Assembly (NCBI GenBank): GCA_963737655.1
Contig: CAVTTN010000002.1
Coordinates: 7,488,001 to 7,552,000, forward strand
Reading direction: 5' to 3'
Length of the DNA stretch: 64,000 nt
Source: an uncultured Planctomycetota bacterium
GTDB lineage: Bacteria > Planctomycetota > Planctomycetia > Isosphaerales > Isosphaeraceae
Positions within the stretch are counted from its first letter, which is position 1; every line of letters begins with the position of its first letter. The notes below the pieces were generated by a model that worked only from the letters and a program-made list of their open reading frames with translations, was not told where the DNA came from and ran no database searches. Shown here piece after piece: positions 61,258 to 64,000 of the stretch. A program made the position numbers and the translations under genes.

Positions 61258-64000
61258 GTGACCTCCGAACCGAGAATTCTCCGGCGATTCGAGGGAGTCT
61301 GGGCCTCGCTTCGGCGTTCTCAAGCGGCCGTGGGCCTCGGCTTCACGGCCCTGGTGGCCACCCTCGGCGTGGCGTTCCTCGCCGCGAGCGATTTCTACCA
61401 TGAGATGCCCCGTCGCGATCGTGCCGCCGGACTCGCCATCCTCGGCCTCGCCGTGGCGGCGGCCCTCTGGCGAGGGTGGATCGCGCCAAGGCGATGGTGG
61501 ACCAGGCCCAGGACGGCCGTCGAGATCGAGGGCCGATTCCCTCAGCTCGGCCAGAGGGTCCGCACGGTCGTCGAGTTCGCCGGCATGCCCGACGCCCGAC
61601 TCGTCTCGGCCGGGGTGAAGCCGAGCCTCGTCGGCGCGCTGGCCGAGGAGACCGAGGCCCGGTTCGAGCCGTTGCCGATCGCCCGAATCGTCCCGAGGCG
61701 GAGGGCGGCCGTCATCGCGTCGCTCGCCGCGGTCCCCGCCTTGATCCTCGCCATCGCCTGCGCCCGAGGCCCCGAATGGCGAATCGCGACGGCCCGGACC
61801 TTCCTGGTTGAGCGGCCTTACACCACCTTGAAGGTCGTCCCGGGCGATATTCGCATCGACCAGGGTGAAAACGTGACCATCACGGTCGAATCCAGCGGTC
61901 GCGCCAGGAAGAAGGTGATCCTGGAGACGAGGCCGGCGGCCTCGCCCGGCGCACCGTGGAAGGTCGTGACGCTCGATCCGCCTGAGGGCGGCCCGGCGAA
62001 CCGTCGCGAAATGACGCTTGAAAACGTCAAGGATTCGCTGATCTATCGAATCGTCGCCGGCCCGGCCCGGAGTCAAGAGCATGAGGTCTCCGTGATCCGC
62101 CCCCTGGAAATCCGGGCGTTTGACGTCACTCTGAACCCTCCGGAATATACCGGGCTCGAGCCGTCGAAGGTCCCGGGGGGCGACATCCAGGCGGTCCAGG
62201 GCACGTTTGCGAGGTTCCGGATCGCGTTCGACGCGTCGCCGAGCGAGGCATCGATCGAGCTATTCGACGCGGCGAATCGAAACTCCTCTCTCGTGGTCGT
62301 GCCGCTCAAGAACGACGGCTCGGGGTTCGTGGCCGACCTGAAACTTGAGAAGACTCTTCGATACAAGGTGGTGACGACGCGAGTGGATGGACGCGCATTA
62401 CCGGAGGCCGAGCACCGGATCGACGTCCGCGAGGACCGCGCGCCCGGGTCGCGTTCGAGGAGCCCGAGGAGGCGCTGGAGGTCCACCCGATCGCCGAGGT
62501 GACCCACCGCGTGAGGGTCGGCGACGACTTCGGCCTGACCAGGGCCGGGATCGTGTTCCGGTTCAACGACGGGGAAGAGAAGACGTTGCTCCTGAAGGAG
62601 TTCGCCGCCGGGCCCGGCAAGAGGCCGCAGACCGTCGCGACCATCGAAGAGACGCTCCTGATGGAGACGCTCGCGGCATCGCCCCAGGACAGCGTGACCT
62701 ATTTCGCCTTCGCGGAGGACAACTTCCCCGACGCCCCGAGGCGGACCGAGACCGACCTCCGCTATATTGATATCCGTCCATTCAAGCGCGAGTATCAGCT
62801 TGCCGATCCGTCGAACGGGCAAGGGGAGCCCGATGAGTTCGTGGCCCTGGAGGAGCTGATCGGCCGACAGCGATTCAACCTCAACCGGGCCAACCGGCTG
62901 GCGAGGCACCGGCCGACCGATCGCGTCGAGCCGGAGGACCCGCTGAAGATCGCGGGGTTCGAGGAGGCCCTACTGGCGATGGCCCGCGAGTTCACCGAGG
63001 GCATCGAAAGGCTGGCCGACGCCCGGGTCGATTCGATGCATCGGGCGGAGGAGGCGATGGTCGCCGCCGTGGACGCGCTGGACCGGAGCCGGAATGCCGA
63101 GGCCCCCGGGGCCATGTCCGAGGCGCTCAAGAACCTCGTCGCCGCCCGTCGCGAGCTCGTCGAGCTCATCGGCCAGACCCCGGCCGCCGCGATGGCGATG
63201 AGGAGCTTTGATCGCAAACAGGCCCAGAAGATCCGCAATCCGAAGACCAAGGACGAGGAGGCCGAGCAGGTCGCCGAGGAAATCGAGCAGCTCGCGCAGG
63301 AAGAGGATTTCGTCTACGCGACCATCGCGAAACGGGCCGACTCCGACACGCCGGGCAAGGCGAAGGAGCAGAAGGGCTCCGGCGAGCCCCGGGATGCCAA
63401 GACGACGGAACCGACGAAGAATCGGCCCGGGACGAAGGATGGCGACGCCGAGAAGGAGGCCCGGAGCGAGGCGGCGAAGGGGAACGCGAAGGGGTCGAAG
63501 GGCCAGGGCTCTCCCGGCAAAGGCAGCGACCCCGGCGATACTTCGAACGGTCGGGATCGTCGCGAGACCGCCGACAAGCAGGAGGAAATCGCGGACGAGG
63601 CCCGCGCCCTGGAAGAGCGGCTGAAGCGGATCGAGGCCGCGTCCGACCTGGCCAAGGCCCGGATGGGCCAGGCCGCCGAGAAGGCCGAGAAGGCGTCGGG
63701 CGCCCTGAACCGGGGCAACACGAGCGAGGCCGAGAAGGAGGCCAAGGCCGGGGCGGGGATGCTCCACGAGCTGGCCCGGCAGGTCAAGGGCGAGATCGCC
63801 CGGGAAGTCGCCGACGAGATCGCGATGGCCCGCGACCTGGCCCAAGAGCTCGCCGCCCGAGAGGAAGAGCTCGCCCGAATGGCGGAAAACTCGGGGAATC
63901 CGGCCGAGGGAAGGGGCGAAGGCAAGGAACCGGGCCGAGCCTCGTCGCCTGGGACCGGGCCGGGCGGGCGGGGTCGCGGAGGGCTGGGAGACTGGACCAA
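61258..64000 (+). CDS. Large membrane-anchored protein with Ig-like and coiled-coil regions (DUF4175-like); partial; frameshift at ~62445
   Basis: Three N-terminal TMs, IEGRFPQLGQRVRTVVE, NPPEYTGL, DRAP.VAF, DDFGL, YFAFAEDN, IDIRPF, long Glu/Ala/Lys helical region open to the window end. Confidence 0.78.

Noticed and set aside
61193..61261. 22-codon ORF between batA and the last gene
   Set aside because: Too short and featureless; the GTG at 61258 has its own AAAGGA RBS

Overview
High-GC chromosomal window whose gene content and style point to a planctomycete, probably Isosphaeraceae-like (inference). From left to right it holds: tRNA-Ser(GGA); a TetR/NmrA accessory block with a nitrilase remnant; an ECF sigma plus Ser/Thr kinase pair; a divergent phosphonate catabolism cluster (Zn-ADH, DUF5690 transporter, PhnZ-like HD oxygenase, FAD oxidoreductase, phnX); rpmA-obgE-coaX-mnmE; a second large kinase; a Gfo/Idh/MocA enzyme; a three-gene phosphorelay; osmC, queC, dapA-like, peptidase, actP-like and P450 genes; a partial type VI secretion cluster (tssA-B-C-hcp-tagJ-tssE-F-G); two Cys-rich envelope genes; and a MoxR-DUF58-BatA/VWA locus interleaved with five paralogs of an uncharacterised secreted protein. 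Two families of ~130-160 bp REPIN/MITE-like palindromic elements occur (3 and 2 copies). About 15 small indels, mostly in G/C homopolymers and including two in essential obgE, indicate long-read consensus errors rather than true pseudogenes. The top candidates for new biology are (i) a histidine kinase with an exactly spaced ETR1-type ethylene/copper-binding domain carrying an in-frame UGA at a likely Cys position followed by a SECIS-like hairpin, a possible selenoprotein sensor, and (ii) the five-paralog MoxR/VWA locus. All calls come from motif recognition by eye; no searches were run.
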